Shown piece after piece: positions 13,096 to 26,995 of a stretch of 64,000 nucleotides of DNA (positions are counted from its first letter, which is position 1; every line of letters starts with the position of its first letter). The stretch is from assembly GCF_018350175.1 (NCBI RefSeq), contig NC_058368.1, positions 127,412,001 to 127,476,000 of the forward strand. Direction: 5' to 3'. The notes below the pieces were generated by a model. That model had not been told where the DNA came from. It saw only the letters and a list, made by a program, of their open reading frames with translations, and did not search any database. Both the position numbers and the translations under genes were made by a program. This DNA is from Felis catus (taxonomy: Eukaryota).

Positions 13096-14121
13096 GTTTA
13101 CTCAACGATTATCACAAATAAATCAATCAATACACCAAACATGGTTATTTACATCTCCCTACATCTCCTTCTAAAAAGCCTGCCTCCTGTACATCTTACC
13201 CTTATAAAACCGGATTGGAATACGTGTGAAAACTTGACCCACTGCCACCTGTTGCATTCGTGGGGTAGCAAATATTAATATTCTATCTTTGGCATGTGAG
13301 TTGCCATAAGAAAAACAAAGACTCTAATCAGTTCCAGATGGGCTTGAACCAAAATATCATGGGGACTTGGGGGCTGAAGTTGCCATTCTGGGTCAAGTGC
13401 AAACTGATGACAAAGGAAATTGTGGCAACTACAGAGAAAACTGTCAAAGAGCAGAAACAAATAGACAAATAGGAACGGAAGACAATATGACCACAAAAAG
13501 AGTAGCTGCCTCTGTTCTCCAGTTTTACATATCCATCAAGGCCCAGTCACACGATGCTCCTGTGGATTTCAGTGTCTTAACAGTAACTATTCCTTCCTTT
13601 TTTACAGAGGCTAGTCTGAGTTCGTTTCTTTTCCTTGCAGTCAAAATCTGAACTAGACCATTCACCACACAAGAGATGTTATTTTTCTGTTCATAAATCC
13701 TTTCCTTCCCTCCAAAAATAAAGCAGTTTAAAATTAATACTCTATTGTAATATTGAATAGCCACAGTGAATTACCTTGACATTGAAATAACGGTTACTTG
13801 ATCAAGAGGCTTAAATTAAAACACACGCAGAGGAACTAACAATTACTGTATCTTCATCTGTATCCACATCCAGAGCTTCTGGAGAAAGCATTCTTTTTCT
13901 ATGACTGACATCTAGTACAGTCCCAGTCAAAATATTAGCTTCTTTTTCTCAAAACCCTTTCACCATTTTCTTCACAGAATTTTAGTTTCAGATAAGGAGG
14001 CCAAAGACAGAGAGAAAGAGAGAGATTAAGGACAGGAAAAAGTACTGTGATTTTCATTAGCTTTATGGAATAGGAAAATTTAGTACTTGAAAGGCATAAT
14101 TCCTTTTTAAGAGGAAAAAAG

Positions 14122-14330
14122 CATATATATATATATAAATAATATAATATATAATATATAATATATAATATATAATATATAATATATAATATATAATATA
14201 TAATATATATAATAATATATAATATATATAATATATATATAATGTATATAATATAATATATATTATATAATATATAATAAAAATATATAATAAAAAGCAT
14301 ATATATATAATATATATAATATATATGAAC
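14122..14330. repeat. AT-rich (TATAA/TATATAA)n low-complexity tract
   Basis: About 200 nt almost exclusively A/T. Confidence 0.95.
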
Positions 14331-15114
14331 ATAATCATTTACAAGTTTTAAAATATTAAAATGTATGAAAACCAGAAGTCAATATTTTGGAACAATAGTT
14401 GTGAAGTCATTTTGATATAACTAAGTAAAACATTCTGTGTGTTTGAGCGCAAAATAAATTCAAGGGCAGTTATTAAATACTAGCTGCCCATTTTAGATAG
14501 ATACACTCTCCCTCACTTAGCACTTTATATTCTCTGCTCTGTGTTTTTAATTCTGACTTGGGGATAAATTCATAACACTCAGTACTTGAAACTATCAACT
14601 AGCTTACCTTTCTCTATAATTGCCATATTGCACACCTAAAAACATTACCATGGACTATACAAATCACTTAATAGATAAAAATGGGCGAAACATAACACAG
14701 ATCCCAAAGGGAATGAGACAGAAAGCTATTAATATGAAATCCCATCGCCCAGCTATATATCTTCTACTTTTCTCTACAGAAATCATGTAATGAGTAGGAA
14801 AGAATTCAAGGTGCAATATAACATGATTTCATCTGCTGTTCTTAGTTACAAAATATAGAAAAGGGATGAAGATCTAAATGAACTTTAAAATTTTCCACAA
14901 AATTAAGTAGCAAAACTGATCAAATACTAAATTTTTTGTCAAGATTTCTCTTCCTTCCTCCTTGACTCTTCCCCTTCAGATTGGTGACAGAACAGGGGGC
15001 GGAGCAAAAGTCAAAAGCAGAAAGTGGACAGATGAGCATCTGGTGCTATGTTGTCAGGACTCAAAGAAAGCTTCCTTTTTTTTTTTTTTCAATTCCTGCT
15101 TCATTTTTTTTAAA

Positions 15115-15221
15115 TATATATGTTTTCAAAAGTTTATTTATTTATTTTTAGAAAGAACATAGCAGGGGAGAGGGAGGGAGAGGGAGGGAGAGAGAGGGAG
15201 GGAGGGAGGGAGGGAGGGAGA

Positions 15222-15284
<63 letters not shown>

Positions 15285-15411
15285 TCCCAAGCAGGCTCTG
15301 TAGGGTTAGTGCACAGCCCAATGTGGGACTTGAACTTATGAGACTGTGAGGTCATGACCTGAGCGGAAATCAAGAGTTGAATGCTTAAATGACTGAGCCA
15401 CCCAGGCACCC
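15115..15411 (-). mobile_element. CAN-SINE (SINEC) with expanded (GGGA)n(GA)n linker
   Basis: Ends ctgagccacccaggcaccc; degenerate TSD aattcctgcttcatttt / aattcctacctcatttt. Confidence 0.92.
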
Positions 15412-17129
15412 TGAAATTCCTACCTCATTTTTAAAAGGATGAAAGTTATACAAGAAACAGGAAAAAAGTTAATGAACTTTTTCACTTTTCTCCCTCTCCC
15501 CAGTGATTACCCACTGATTACAGGTACAGACCATTAAGGATGTGTGTCGGGATTGAATATTTTTGTCCCAGAAGGAGAAGGACCAAGGGACTGTTGCAGC
15601 CCTGAATCCCTGGTGGCCTCTCCTCATAGACTGTGGCTATAATGAGCACATGCCAGTCTTAAACTCCCAGTTCAAAGGAGTCTGAAGGGAGACAAGGTTG
15701 AAGAAGGACAAGGAAAGTGACAGATGTCTGAGCGAGACAGGAGGGACAAGACACTATACTAACTTTCCCACTGCCCTTTCTTCCCAAATGTCTTACTGCT
15801 ACCAACACCTCTCCTGCAGATCTACCATTAGAGCTTTCTACTGGAGTACAGGTGTTTTAAGGATCAGAACATTTACTGGATGGTGTAAATAATTTTCCTT
15901 GATTTTTTTCTCAAATATTAGAGGATAAATATGCAAGTAGAGATACAAAAGTATTGTGGTGTTGTCAGGATATTTAAAAAATACATCTAAAACAGCATCA
16001 ATATTCTAACAAAGTCACTGAAGATAAGGACATGTGATATGTATTAAACACATTTTATGTTAGTTTCTTACTACCCTTTTAAGTTTTATTTATGGAGAAA
16101 GTCTTAGGACTTTTCTGGGCACTCTTAGACAAGAGAGAGCTTTGTATCACTTTTTAAACCATCAACCCAGATTCTATTCAGAAATTAGAATGGCCATTCC
16201 AAACCGTAATCCAAAAATCTAAAGGTGATTCAACTCAGATTTTCTTTCAGTTTATAGCTACTGGCAATAAGGTGAGTGGGTGGGGCAGGAAAGGGCTTAT
16301 CCGCCCCTTTCCCATCTATCCTAACTTGCCAGCTGTTGATAGTGAATACTCTGGGGTCAAAAGAGCAAAGGGAGAGACACTGAAAGGAAGGAGAAGGTTT
16401 TTCTCCTTGAATTGGCATTGTTATAAGATGGCATCTTGCACCAGGGGCCTGGCAGATGTCGAGAGCTGCCTCCTTGTCTCGTGGGCACTTTTGTGGGTTC
16501 ATCAGTTGCATCCCTGCTGGGCCCCCTGGCTGCAACTCCTATGACTCAGGCAGAGCTTTGCTTTCAAAGTGCTACTTGTTAATCAGCCCCCCACCAAGCC
16601 CCTGGTTTTCTAGTGGCCCAGTCCCTACAAACTCTTGCTGTTGGAGTCCAAGTGCCTTTTCCAGATAGTTCTCTTGGAAAAGACATGAAATGGCTTGAGG
16701 CCAACTGTCTCTCTAGTGTGGGGTACATCTGGTCTGTGGGAAAGCTTCCCACCACTGAATCCTCTCTCTGGGCTCCATGTGAATGAGAGGACAGTAGCCC
16801 CCTTTGATGGGGGAGGGGCAGCACACACAGCAATGCCCAATCCTCTCTTGCTTCAAAAGAATAACAGAAAAACAAACAAAAAAACACCTTTTTTTTTTTT
16901 TTTTTATAAATTACTCCTCCTTTTCCCTCTCTGAACTCTTTTATAGTCTGTCTAAGCTAAGGGCATTTGTGTAAGGGGCCCAAATATCATGAAACTGATT
17001 CTTGGCCACCTATTTTGAAAACTAGAATTTAGGATTGGGACCACACTTTGAGCTGCAGCTTCTATTTTTATCTCACTGACACTTCAGGGAGAACATTTGT
17101 AACCGTGTGATTAACATCACGGTTCCTTT

Positions 17130-17675
17130 ACCATTCCTGGTAATTTACTCAATACCCACCCTCTCTTCCTCCTTACCTGCAGAAAATCTATTATTTTGTG
17201 TAGGAATCTACTTTTTGAAGCAGCTAAGTACTCAACGAAGGGGGTTCCAGCTTATGCTGTTTAGGGATAAATCCTAAACAGTCTAATTCCATTTGTTGGC
17301 CACTAACTCATTTATGTCCTAAGACCAAACCTAGCCAAGGAGACAAAAAGTGAAGTTAGCTGAGGTGCTTCTGGGCAAAGTGTTCCATAAAAAGAGAAGC
17401 ACAAGGAAGAGCCGGTTCATTTTCTACCTGTGAACCTTGTGCCTGGCAGGGGCCATCACCTGGTGATAATGGGGACAGTCAATCGGAACAAAAGGATAAC
17501 AGGCTAACATGGCACAGAAGGATCTAGAACCTACATGATATTCCCAAGCCTCTTAATAACCATCACTGGGACACTCTACCTTGTAAACTTCATGTCATAG
17601 ACAGGAAGCTATTTTCATGTTCATGTTCAATCACTGAGTCGGCAGCTCCAAATCTGTGCCAATGGCATCTTCACT
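17130..17675 (+). mobile_element. Old MaLR LTR (MLT1K/L-like)
   Basis: gacc...agccaaggaga...tgaagttagctgaggtgcttctggg...; highly decayed. Confidence 0.45.
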
Positions 17676-19384
17676 GAGAAATTTCACCATGAAACATTTG
17701 TTGTAATCCAAACAAGGGCACTTCTCAACAGGTAATCAAGTTAGACTGTAGAGGGCAACTTCTGTTTTCTCACTTTTTTCTTTCTAAATTATGGGGCTGG
17801 GGGGTGAGTTCATCTGCTACAAAAAGCACCTTAAGATCAGATGTTCAAGATAATTCTTAGAATTGAAAATTCTATTCTTGAACTAAAACAACAGTTGTGA
17901 TGACACCTGTGATAACAACTGTAAATAAAAACAAAAGCTATGCTCAATTTGTGAATCCATCATTCATCAGTAGGCTTAGCTCTCTCTTGGAGTTCATGGG
18001 GGAAAACAAAGAGATTTCTAATATTGCAAGATACTGTCAATATTCAGGGCAATGATCACATTCTAGTCTTAGCAAATCAGAAGATTATGTGTGTGCCAAA
18101 AGCCCCTTGGAAATTGAATCATACTTTATGCTGAATTCCATTTAGAGGATCAAGCAAGAACCTACTTTCCTATTCCATATTATGATGTGGGTGTGCTTAT
18201 ATTAAATCACTTTCAGAGAAACACTAGGTGACTAATTTGTGACAATGATATGTTTGCAGGCTAACACATTCATAAGAACAGCAGAATAATGAGCTAATTT
18301 GTAAAGTACCAGATGGAATTTACTGAAAGCTGGTGGCCTAAGCTATCATAATTGTCCTTTACGCTCCAAGAAGACACTTCTAGAAATCTACCCATATTTT
18401 TGCTTTTGGATAAACAGGCCAAGGTATAACTAATCCTCTTCCCACAAAGGCAGGTCTCCAGTGTTTGAATATATTTGTTGCCAGGAGAGCCTTATGGCAG
18501 GGCGTGGGCTATTTTGCTTAACTTAACTCCACTGTCTGAATGGCATTCCATAAGAGGGACCATCAATCTTAAATATTCTCCAATCTATGTTATTGTTGTT
18601 TGGATGTTATTTCTTTGATATTTCATAAACACTAAGGGGCATTCACATTTACACTTGAACTCTCTTGTTTTCCTCTATGTTTGCATGTTCCAGCTCACTG
18701 ATGAAGGCACCATAGCCTCAGTACTTTTGACAATGCCTTTTCATTTTCTTTTTTTCTTTCCAAAGTCAAATGAGGAATGGCTTTATTGCTCTTTAAATGA
18801 GCCTCATCCTCCCGACTTTAGTTCTCAACCAAAGCTTGAGATTGATAAACCTAAGCCCCAGTTTCAGCTCTGTAGGCATTGTATCTCTTCTGAGCGCTAA
18901 GAATACTAGAATGTAGCTAATGTGTGCTGTTGGGTTAAGAGAAGTTTTCCTGAAGAAAGCATGGTCTGATGGAAGAAGTACTGGGTGCTGGTATCATCAG
19001 ACAGCCCCAAGGCCTCCTAACACTTCATTTACTGTGGGTTCATTTCCTCACCTTCACTGAATCTTCATGTTTCCCTCTGGAGGGTAACGATGACCCAGAG
19101 ATCTTAGATTTGTTGGGATTACATTGAAAGGTATAGGTTAACCACGTAGCACATATAAGAAATCAATGCATATTTGTTTCCCTTGTGACCCTCAAACATT
19201 TACCATCTAAGCTGGCAGAATTAGGAAAGAAAAAAAAATGACAGTGTAGTAATGTGAAGAGACGGCATAACACAGGCTTCTCAAGCAATTACTAATGAAA
19301 AGTGAATTAGCAGAGTAGGCTATAAATGTAGCCATGGTATATAGCTTTTGTATTGTTGCCTTAAGGAGAGCCTATACATTAATT

Positions 19385-19727
19385 AGAATAAGACCAATAA
19401 CCCAAAAGACAAATTGGAAATGGATGTGAGCAAACATCCCAGAAGGAGAACTACAAACAGCCAATAGCCTCTTGAAAAGACATTCAATCTCACTGGTAAC
19501 CAAAGAATAAAATTACAATGAGGTATTTTGCCTACACATTGGGAAAAATTAAAGACTGAAAATATCCAGAGATGGTGAGGGGATTGGGAAATAGGTACAC
19601 TCATACACAACTGGTGGAAACATAGATTGGGAAAGGCTTTCTTGGAGTATATTTTATTATACTTCTAAAAATGCAAAACACAAACACCCTTGGCTGAAGT
19701 CTATTCCACAAAAGTGATTCCTCAAGG

Positions 19728-19730
<3 letters not shown>
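19385..19730 (+). mobile_element. Ancient L1 (L1M) ORF2 3' region fragment
   Basis: aaatggatgtgagcaaacat...acagccaatag...gaaaagacattcaatctcactggtaaccaaagaa...cactcatacacaactggtggaaa. Confidence 0.75.
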
Positions 19731-19769
<39 letters not shown>

Positions 19770-20789
19770 TCTTTTTGTCATCGTTTATAATAATACAAGA
19801 ATCCCGTTTCTGTTCCTCTGATCAGATGTTGAGTTCTGGAAGAAACCATACTTTTATCTCTCTTTAGTAAATTCTAAGTCCTCAAACATATAATAAGGTT
19901 GAAGATGTTTAAAAATGTATACTAACAAATACAAATAATAACATATGATCAAAATACTTTTATTATGAATAAAGACAGTAATATAGATTTATAAAATGTG
20001 TAGGACATTTGCTGTTTCCAGAGATAAAAATAAGTATTTAATAAATGGGAATCCAAAAGTTTCTTCCTTTTTTTCTAACTATTTAAAAACTTTGGAGCAC
20101 TGTGTAATATAATTGATTGATACTCAGCTTTCCAACCATCTATAAAACATATTTATACTTTTGATTATAAATTTATTTCTAAAGGCTTAACATATTTAAA
20201 AAAATCAAAACATCCTATAAAACTCTATTCTGTTGTTATGTCTGTGTTTCTTGTTTTATTCTCCACCCCTGCCCCCATGGAATATACAAAGCTTTGCTTT
20301 GTTGACACACATTTTCCAACATCTGAAAAACATTGGGAATACTGTCATACTAGGCCAAAATTGATCTCATTTACCCCAAGGATACAAAATTTCTCAAATG
20401 AGTTCCTGTTATTACAACTCCTGGGCCCTGTTCTTTCAGTTAGAATCTAATTTTCTTGCAACATGGGATGAGGAGGGGCGGTGGTGTCTTTCCAATACAA
20501 AGACCATACTTCTGATATCGTCAGCAAACAATGCTTCTGGACCACTTTTACCAACAGTGGGATTGAGCCTCTTCAGTTATACCATCCGGACCAAAGCGGC
20601 ATGGTTAAGAGCCTCCATTAATAAGCTGATTGGCCTGGGCCATGAAACAGACTTAAGAGGACTTAACCAACAGGGACTCACTCGTTAGACCAGTGTTCAG
20701 TCAGCTCAACTTCACAATTATAAATAACTAAGATATGGTATTATCAAAGGAAGTAGTACTCTATTTCTTAAGGAGAAATATGTAAGACA

Positions 20790-21008
20790 AGAAATATATA
20801 TATATATATATATATAGATATAGATATTAAGCAATTACTAATGAAAAGTGAATTAGCAGAGTAGGCTATAAATGTAGCCATGGTATATAGCTTTGATATA
20901 TATATATAGACATATATAAATAATATATATATTTATATATATTACATATATAAATATATATAAAATTTATATATATATAGATATATAGATACATAGATAT
21001 ATATATCT
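20790..21008. repeat. (TA)n/(TAGA)n tract interrupted by a 66-bp unique insert
   Basis: Direct reading; insert 20829-20894 is identical to 19283-19348. Confidence 0.95.
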
Positions 21009-21279
21009 CATTTTATCAGTGTGAGCCCCAGATCAGGCTGGTGTAAGCCATGTATCTGTATATCTTAACTATATAAATTGAGCTGAGCTTCTCAAAAGAG
21101 CGTTGTATGAACTGAAACATTAAAATAAGAAACCAATTAGCTTCTTTCCACCTACCATTTAAAAACATGCAATAGCATGTTGTAAATGAGGGGAGAAGGT
21201 AAAGCTAACTTTTTTTTTAAAGCTAACTTTTTTTTTTTTTTTGAGTCTCCTTTCTGGGGAAGGTCTTGTGTACTGAGTC

Positions 21280-21460
21280 TTTCACAAGTTATTTTTTTTA
21301 ATACTTGTAATAACCCTACAAAGTGAGTATTAACACCCCCCTACACTTTATAGATGAGGAACCTGAAGAACCTAGAGGGGTTATTTATCGTCCATAGACC
21401 CAGAAAGTAAGTGGCTGAACTGTGGTTGGACCCCAAAACCCACTTTACCCACCACAGTAT
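21280..21460 (-). mobile_element. MIR
   Basis: aaccctacaaagtgagtatt...ttatagatgaggaacctgaag...agtaagtggctgaac. Confidence 0.7.
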
Positions 21461-23532
21461 GGAGAGCAGTCTTGCCCTGTGAAGTTAGACATGGCTGGAA
21501 AGGACTGGTGGTGAGTGAGGTGCCATTAAAAAGATAGTAGTTGTAGTAATGATGATCACGATCTATGTATTTCACAAATGCCAGACGCTATGCTAAATGT
21601 GTGACTCGGCCTTTCCACGTGTAATCTTCCAGATCAGCACTACAAGTTGTCCATTTGCAGTGAGGAAACCAAAGCACAGAATAGCTAACCAAGTCATTGA
21701 TAGTTAATGCAGCTAGTTAATAAATCTTATGGTGTGATAATATTTCATTGTTTCTTTTCCCATATCTTTTTTTCATATTTCTTTTTTTACAGAGGGAAAA
21801 AACAAGTGACATTTTACAGTTTACTGATTTCATATACATTTGGGAGTTCTACTGCCTTTCAGATAAAAAAAAAATAATGTTTTTCTCCATCCTTGAGATG
21901 CCAAGATGCTATTTGGGGATATCGGGAGGTACTTTACTGACGTCCTGCTTATGTCAACAGATACGCATAGAATAAGCCTGCAGTTTGGTTCCTAACTGTA
22001 TCACTGACTTTCTAAACTCTCACCAAAAACATCTTGTTTTAGTTCCTCCATACACAAAATTAAAACAGCTAGGTGTCTTTGTTTAAAAATGCTAACACGT
22101 GATTTGGCAAAGGCCGATACTTTATATTTTCTCCTTGGCTGATGTTTGGGGATTATTCATCTAGCACTGAGCATCCAGTGCCCAAGCCCCTCCCCTTTCC
22201 TATTTATTATCAGGCTGCTGCAGTGCAGCGTTGAAACATCTGATCATTTAGATCATTAAAAATCAATCCAATGACCAAACATTTCTGTACATTTTAGAGA
22301 AATGACAAAAAGTACAGTATTAGATTGCTATTAGCTTGCTCTGGGTTTTCTTTTTGCAGCTGCCAGGAAAGTCATTTGGTAAAATTGATTAAACCAGCAT
22401 GCCAGGAGGAGAGAGGAAAAGAGCAGAGAAACGTAAACACAGTGAGCTTAGAGGGGAGGGTGATGTTTTTCTTGGGAATGAGATGAGATGTCACTGGGGG
22501 AGGGAGGAGGAGGTGAGAAGGAGGAGAAACACTGCATATAGTGAGCATACTATAATTTGGGGTACAAGAGATTCAAGATGGTAGGATAAAAGCCACCAAA
22601 GTGCACAAACAATAGAGGCAGAAGGAATGAAGAAAGAACACACTATCCATGTGCTTCTCTAACAGGCTGTCTGCATTGGTCACACTGCATGGTCTGACTG
22701 AATTAATCCAAAAGACATCACTGGTGCAATGATCAGATCCTGACTTGAGGAATTCAGTAAATCAAACTCTTTTAATATCAGGAGGAGGTAGGGAGGAGTG
22801 CCTAGTTTCCTGCACAGTTGGGTTTATTTCTGTAGCAACAATTAACAAAGAAAATAAAAGAAATCTTTCTACTTGTGCTCAGTAAAACCATGAGTACATG
22901 GAAGTTCACATAAACATTCCCTTATTTTTTCTTATAGTTGCCATACATAGTCCCTTCCTCCACATATGAACTTCCTTCCCCTTACAAAATTGTGTTTTCC
23001 ATCTAATATCATTCAATTATTTCTTGATTAACCCAAAAGAAATGTGGAATGTGGAATCACGGAGTGCTGACAAGGATAAATTTTAATGTGGGTTTTGTGT
23101 GGCCATTCCAGTCTTTCTAATCCTATTTAAAGTCACACTTAGCTCACACAGCTCATGCTTCTATAGAAAGGGGCAGGAAAAACTATCAAATATTTATTTG
23201 CTATATATTATGTCTGCTTACATTTAAAGTACAACCACCTAAACACAAATGACTTAAAAATAGTATTTAAAACATTAAAAATAAAGCAAATGTTCTGTGG
23301 AAGAGCGAATGTACTTCCTTGGATACAGGACATAGAAAATGATAAGATACAAGAACCATTTAATTGCATAAAAGAAGACTAACACTAGTCTAAAAGAAGT
23401 GACCCCCTAGAGAGAAGTTCTAAATTATATTTGCTTTGTATTGGGTATGCTGCTTGGCAGAAGCTGAGACTCTGGAAGCATTTATTTGAAGCCATGGTTT
23501 ACACAGGAGGCAAGTATCCTTCTTAAAGGAGA

Positions 23533-23785
23533 GTGGTTGTCAGATTCCAAGACGGCTCCCGATAACCCACCTTCTGGTATTCACATCTTTGTGTAGTCTG
23601 TCCTCCCACATTGTACCAGGCTCGGTCATCTGGCAAAAGGTAATGACATGTCCCATTCAAGATAATATTATAAAAGACTGTGACTTCTATATTGATATTA
23701 TCTCTTTCTCTCTGATCTCTCACTGTGGGAGATGTGAGCTGTCATATTATGAACAGCAACTATGGAGAAGCCAACATGGTTAGTT
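23533..23785 (+). mobile_element. MaLR LTR fragment (MLT1F/G-like)
   Basis: tccaagacggctcccgataacccaccttctggtattcacatctttgtgtagtc...tcccacattgtaccagg. Confidence 0.7.
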
Positions 23786-23939
23786 TCCGTGGCCTGACAA
23801 CTTTCTATGTAAATAGCCATGAGCCATTTACATGATGGAAGCTTATACATAGATATGTTGTAAGGGGCAGGCAGGGTAGATAAGGAGAGGGGGCAAGTTA
23901 TAGAAACAAAATGTCATGGAAGGAGGAATAATCATTAAT

Positions 23940-24322
23940 GTTGTTTATCTACATTCTCAGTTCTCCTCCTTCAAGGCACAGGCAGAATTACATTTCCTTG
24001 TTCCTTTAAAATAGGCTTGCTACCCTGACTGATTTTGCCTAATGAACCTTGAGCAAAAGTAATACATGTCACTTCCAGGGTAAAATCATTAAGAATTGGT
24101 GTATGACGTCCCCTACCCTCTGCCACACTGATTGGAAACTTTCCCAAATGATGTAGTCTCCCATTAGTCATGTCCTTAAGTAAAGAACAGAATTCTCCTC
24201 TCTCCACTCCCAATCTATGATGAACATACAGCATGAGTGAGGAATAAACCTGTTTTGTTTTAAGTCACTGAAATTTTGGAGTTTCTTGTTGTAGCATGAT
24301 CCAGACAATTCTCACTGTAACA
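23940..24322 (+). mobile_element. MaLR LTR (MLT1J-like)
   Basis: tacatttcc...gtcacttccagg...agcatgagtgaggaataaacctgttttgttttaagtcactgaaattttggag. Confidence 0.75.
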
Positions 24323-25789
24323 GACGGTAAGTCTCTGGGTATAATTCACTCTAAGGAAAGGAGAAATCTACTATGTATAACCAGACTCAGCGACAAAGCC
24401 TAAGTTTCCCAAAAGGTGTAATACTTTTGGGTAGACTGTGTTGGTTAGTTGGTTAGCATATGAACTCTTTCAGTCATATCCTGGTAGAGCAAATTTCACT
24501 GAACTCCTAAGGCTTGAGATTTACAAAAACAAACAAACAAACAACAACAGTAGCAACAACAACAATAAAAAAACACTGCTATTGGACCACCCTGAGAGAA
24601 CACGATAAAGGGAGAATGCATTCTCCTTTCCACCATGCAAGTGAACAATGTCATGGCACTACCCTAGATGAAAGGGAGAGCATTAATAGCTAGAACAAAC
24701 TTGCTGATGAATGCTGCCAGGCAGACTGAACACTGATGAACATGGGTTGAGGTCACTGGTAGAGCCAAAGTTAGTACACAGTGGTATCCAAGGCAGATTC
24801 ATACAGAAGTGATTGCTAAGTGCCCATGAGAGTCTTGGAAAAACATGAATGAGAGACTGTGTGAGTCTCTGGGATATACAACAGAATGGACAGACATGCT
24901 GCTACCCAGAGTGAGAAATTCATTTGAATGTTGACCTAATTTATGCCCACTGGCATGGAGATTAAACATCTAAAAACCCACCTTTTCCCATATATTATTA
25001 ATTTGGTTATTTATTATTTACTCTTTATTATAATATCCATTCCACATCCATCCTGTGTCATATATCAATACATGGTTCTACCTTGATCAGATCTCAACCT
25101 AAAAATGTAAAATCTTTTTGCCAAGAGCCTTATTTTAGTTTAGAATAGTTTAATCTGTTCTCAACTGCCACCTCTTACAAGACAGTATATAAATAACATG
25201 AAAATTTAGTCATTATTTTAAGATACAGTGGCTTACGACTTAGTATAAAAAGACATGAGTACTTGAAGCAGAGGTGTAAATAGTACAGCTGAATCAAAAC
25301 TTTGAGTATAAGGACATTAGTTTTCTTGACAGATCTGTCTCAGAAACCCATTTAAACACACCTGGGTGAAGCAAAAAATCAACAAGTGGGAAGGAGGGAA
25401 CTAAAGGAGGCTTTTAGCAGTGAGGAAATGAGGTCAGAAGGGCTGGGAAGAAGAGTTGAAATATGATGTTTTAATTTTAAAATAGCAGAGGCTTGATAAT
25501 AGCAGAGGGTGGGTAGTTAGTGGAGAAAAACAGAAAGTATCAGCAAATGGAAACAGGGGTGAAGGGTAGAATGTCTCTCAGAAAGCATAAAGAGGTGGGT
25601 CTTAGATCATAAACCTGCATGTCCTTATACAGGATTGTCATACACAGCTTTAGAGAGGATTGGCATACACAGCTTCCTCAAATACTCCATGGACTGGGAA
25701 TGAACCTTCAGGGTGGCTTCTTATCACAACCTGGTTTAACACATGTGGCTCTGTTATTCTCTCCACTAGTACCTCTCCACTTTTCCCTT

Positions 25790-25960
25790 CTAGCACTCAC
25801 CACACTTTGCACTTATATATTTATCTTTCTACTCCATGCCTACCACTTCAACTAGGATAGAAGCTGCATGAGGGCAGGGATCCGATCTGTCACAGTCACC
25901 CTCCCTGGCACAGTCCCTGGTACACGATAGATGTTCTATAAATATTAATGGACTGAACAA
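25790..25960 (+). mobile_element. L2 3' end
   Basis: gaagctgcatgagggcaggga...ggcacagtccctggtacacgatagatgttctataaatatt. Confidence 0.75.
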
Positions 25961-26757
25961 ATCAGGATAGGCACAAGAATAAACTTAAAATTATCTATCT
26001 TCTCTGATGAAAATTCTAGGACTGGAATTGTTCTAGTCATGCTTTGGTCTATCTGCTGTTCTCATTTAAATGAAGTCCTAGAATCAATTGTTGTCCAGCA
26101 GTCTTTGTACCTTTGTAAGATCTTGGTGATATGTGGGGGTTTTCAATGTACTTTGGATGGCATAGCAGCCAAATCTATCCACATCACTAAACCCAATCAG
26201 CCAGACTGTCATTCTCACTCTGATGCTATTTAGAATTGTGCAGTGAGCCACCCGATTCCACTTCCTAAAAACTAATTTCCCTAGAGCTTTTGCTCTATTA
26301 TTTCATCAATGCCCCTGAGGTCAGAAACTATGATTTCTTCTCTCCTGAATAGTACAATGTCTCATTAAAACTTCTTCCCATAAGCCTGAGTATTTCTTTA
26401 GAAATTCAAAGAAGTTTCAAGGATCACAAAGGACCTTTGGTTCGATATCAGCTATATTTAGTGCTTTGAGAGTAACAGTACAGTCAAGTTCCTTAATGAC
26501 CCAGAAACAACTAATTCAATATAATTCTGATTTCTTGATTGCCAGTGTTTTTTTTTAATTTGAAAAAAAAAATAACAGTGTTTGACCAAGCTTTTAAAAA
26601 TGCCTATTTTTATAATTACTTTACATATTCTAACAACCACACTGGATTACTATATTCACACATAAGTATGGGCAAGTGTAATTATCTAATAATTTAGATA
26701 ATATTTCCATATTTTTATATGTCATACTCCTACTAAGGAAAGGAAGATGGGAAGTAA

Positions 26758-26919
26758 TCATTCAGTTATTCCCTCAACAAATATTTATTGACTATCCCCA
26801 AGTTCTAGGAACTAGTTGTGAGGCCAGGGGTATAGTAGTGAACTATAAAACAGCCTAGGGGCTTTCAGTATAGCTGGAGGAGGGTCAGAAAAGAAAATGA
26901 ATGAGTAAAATCTATAAAC

Positions 26920-26995
<76 letters not shown>

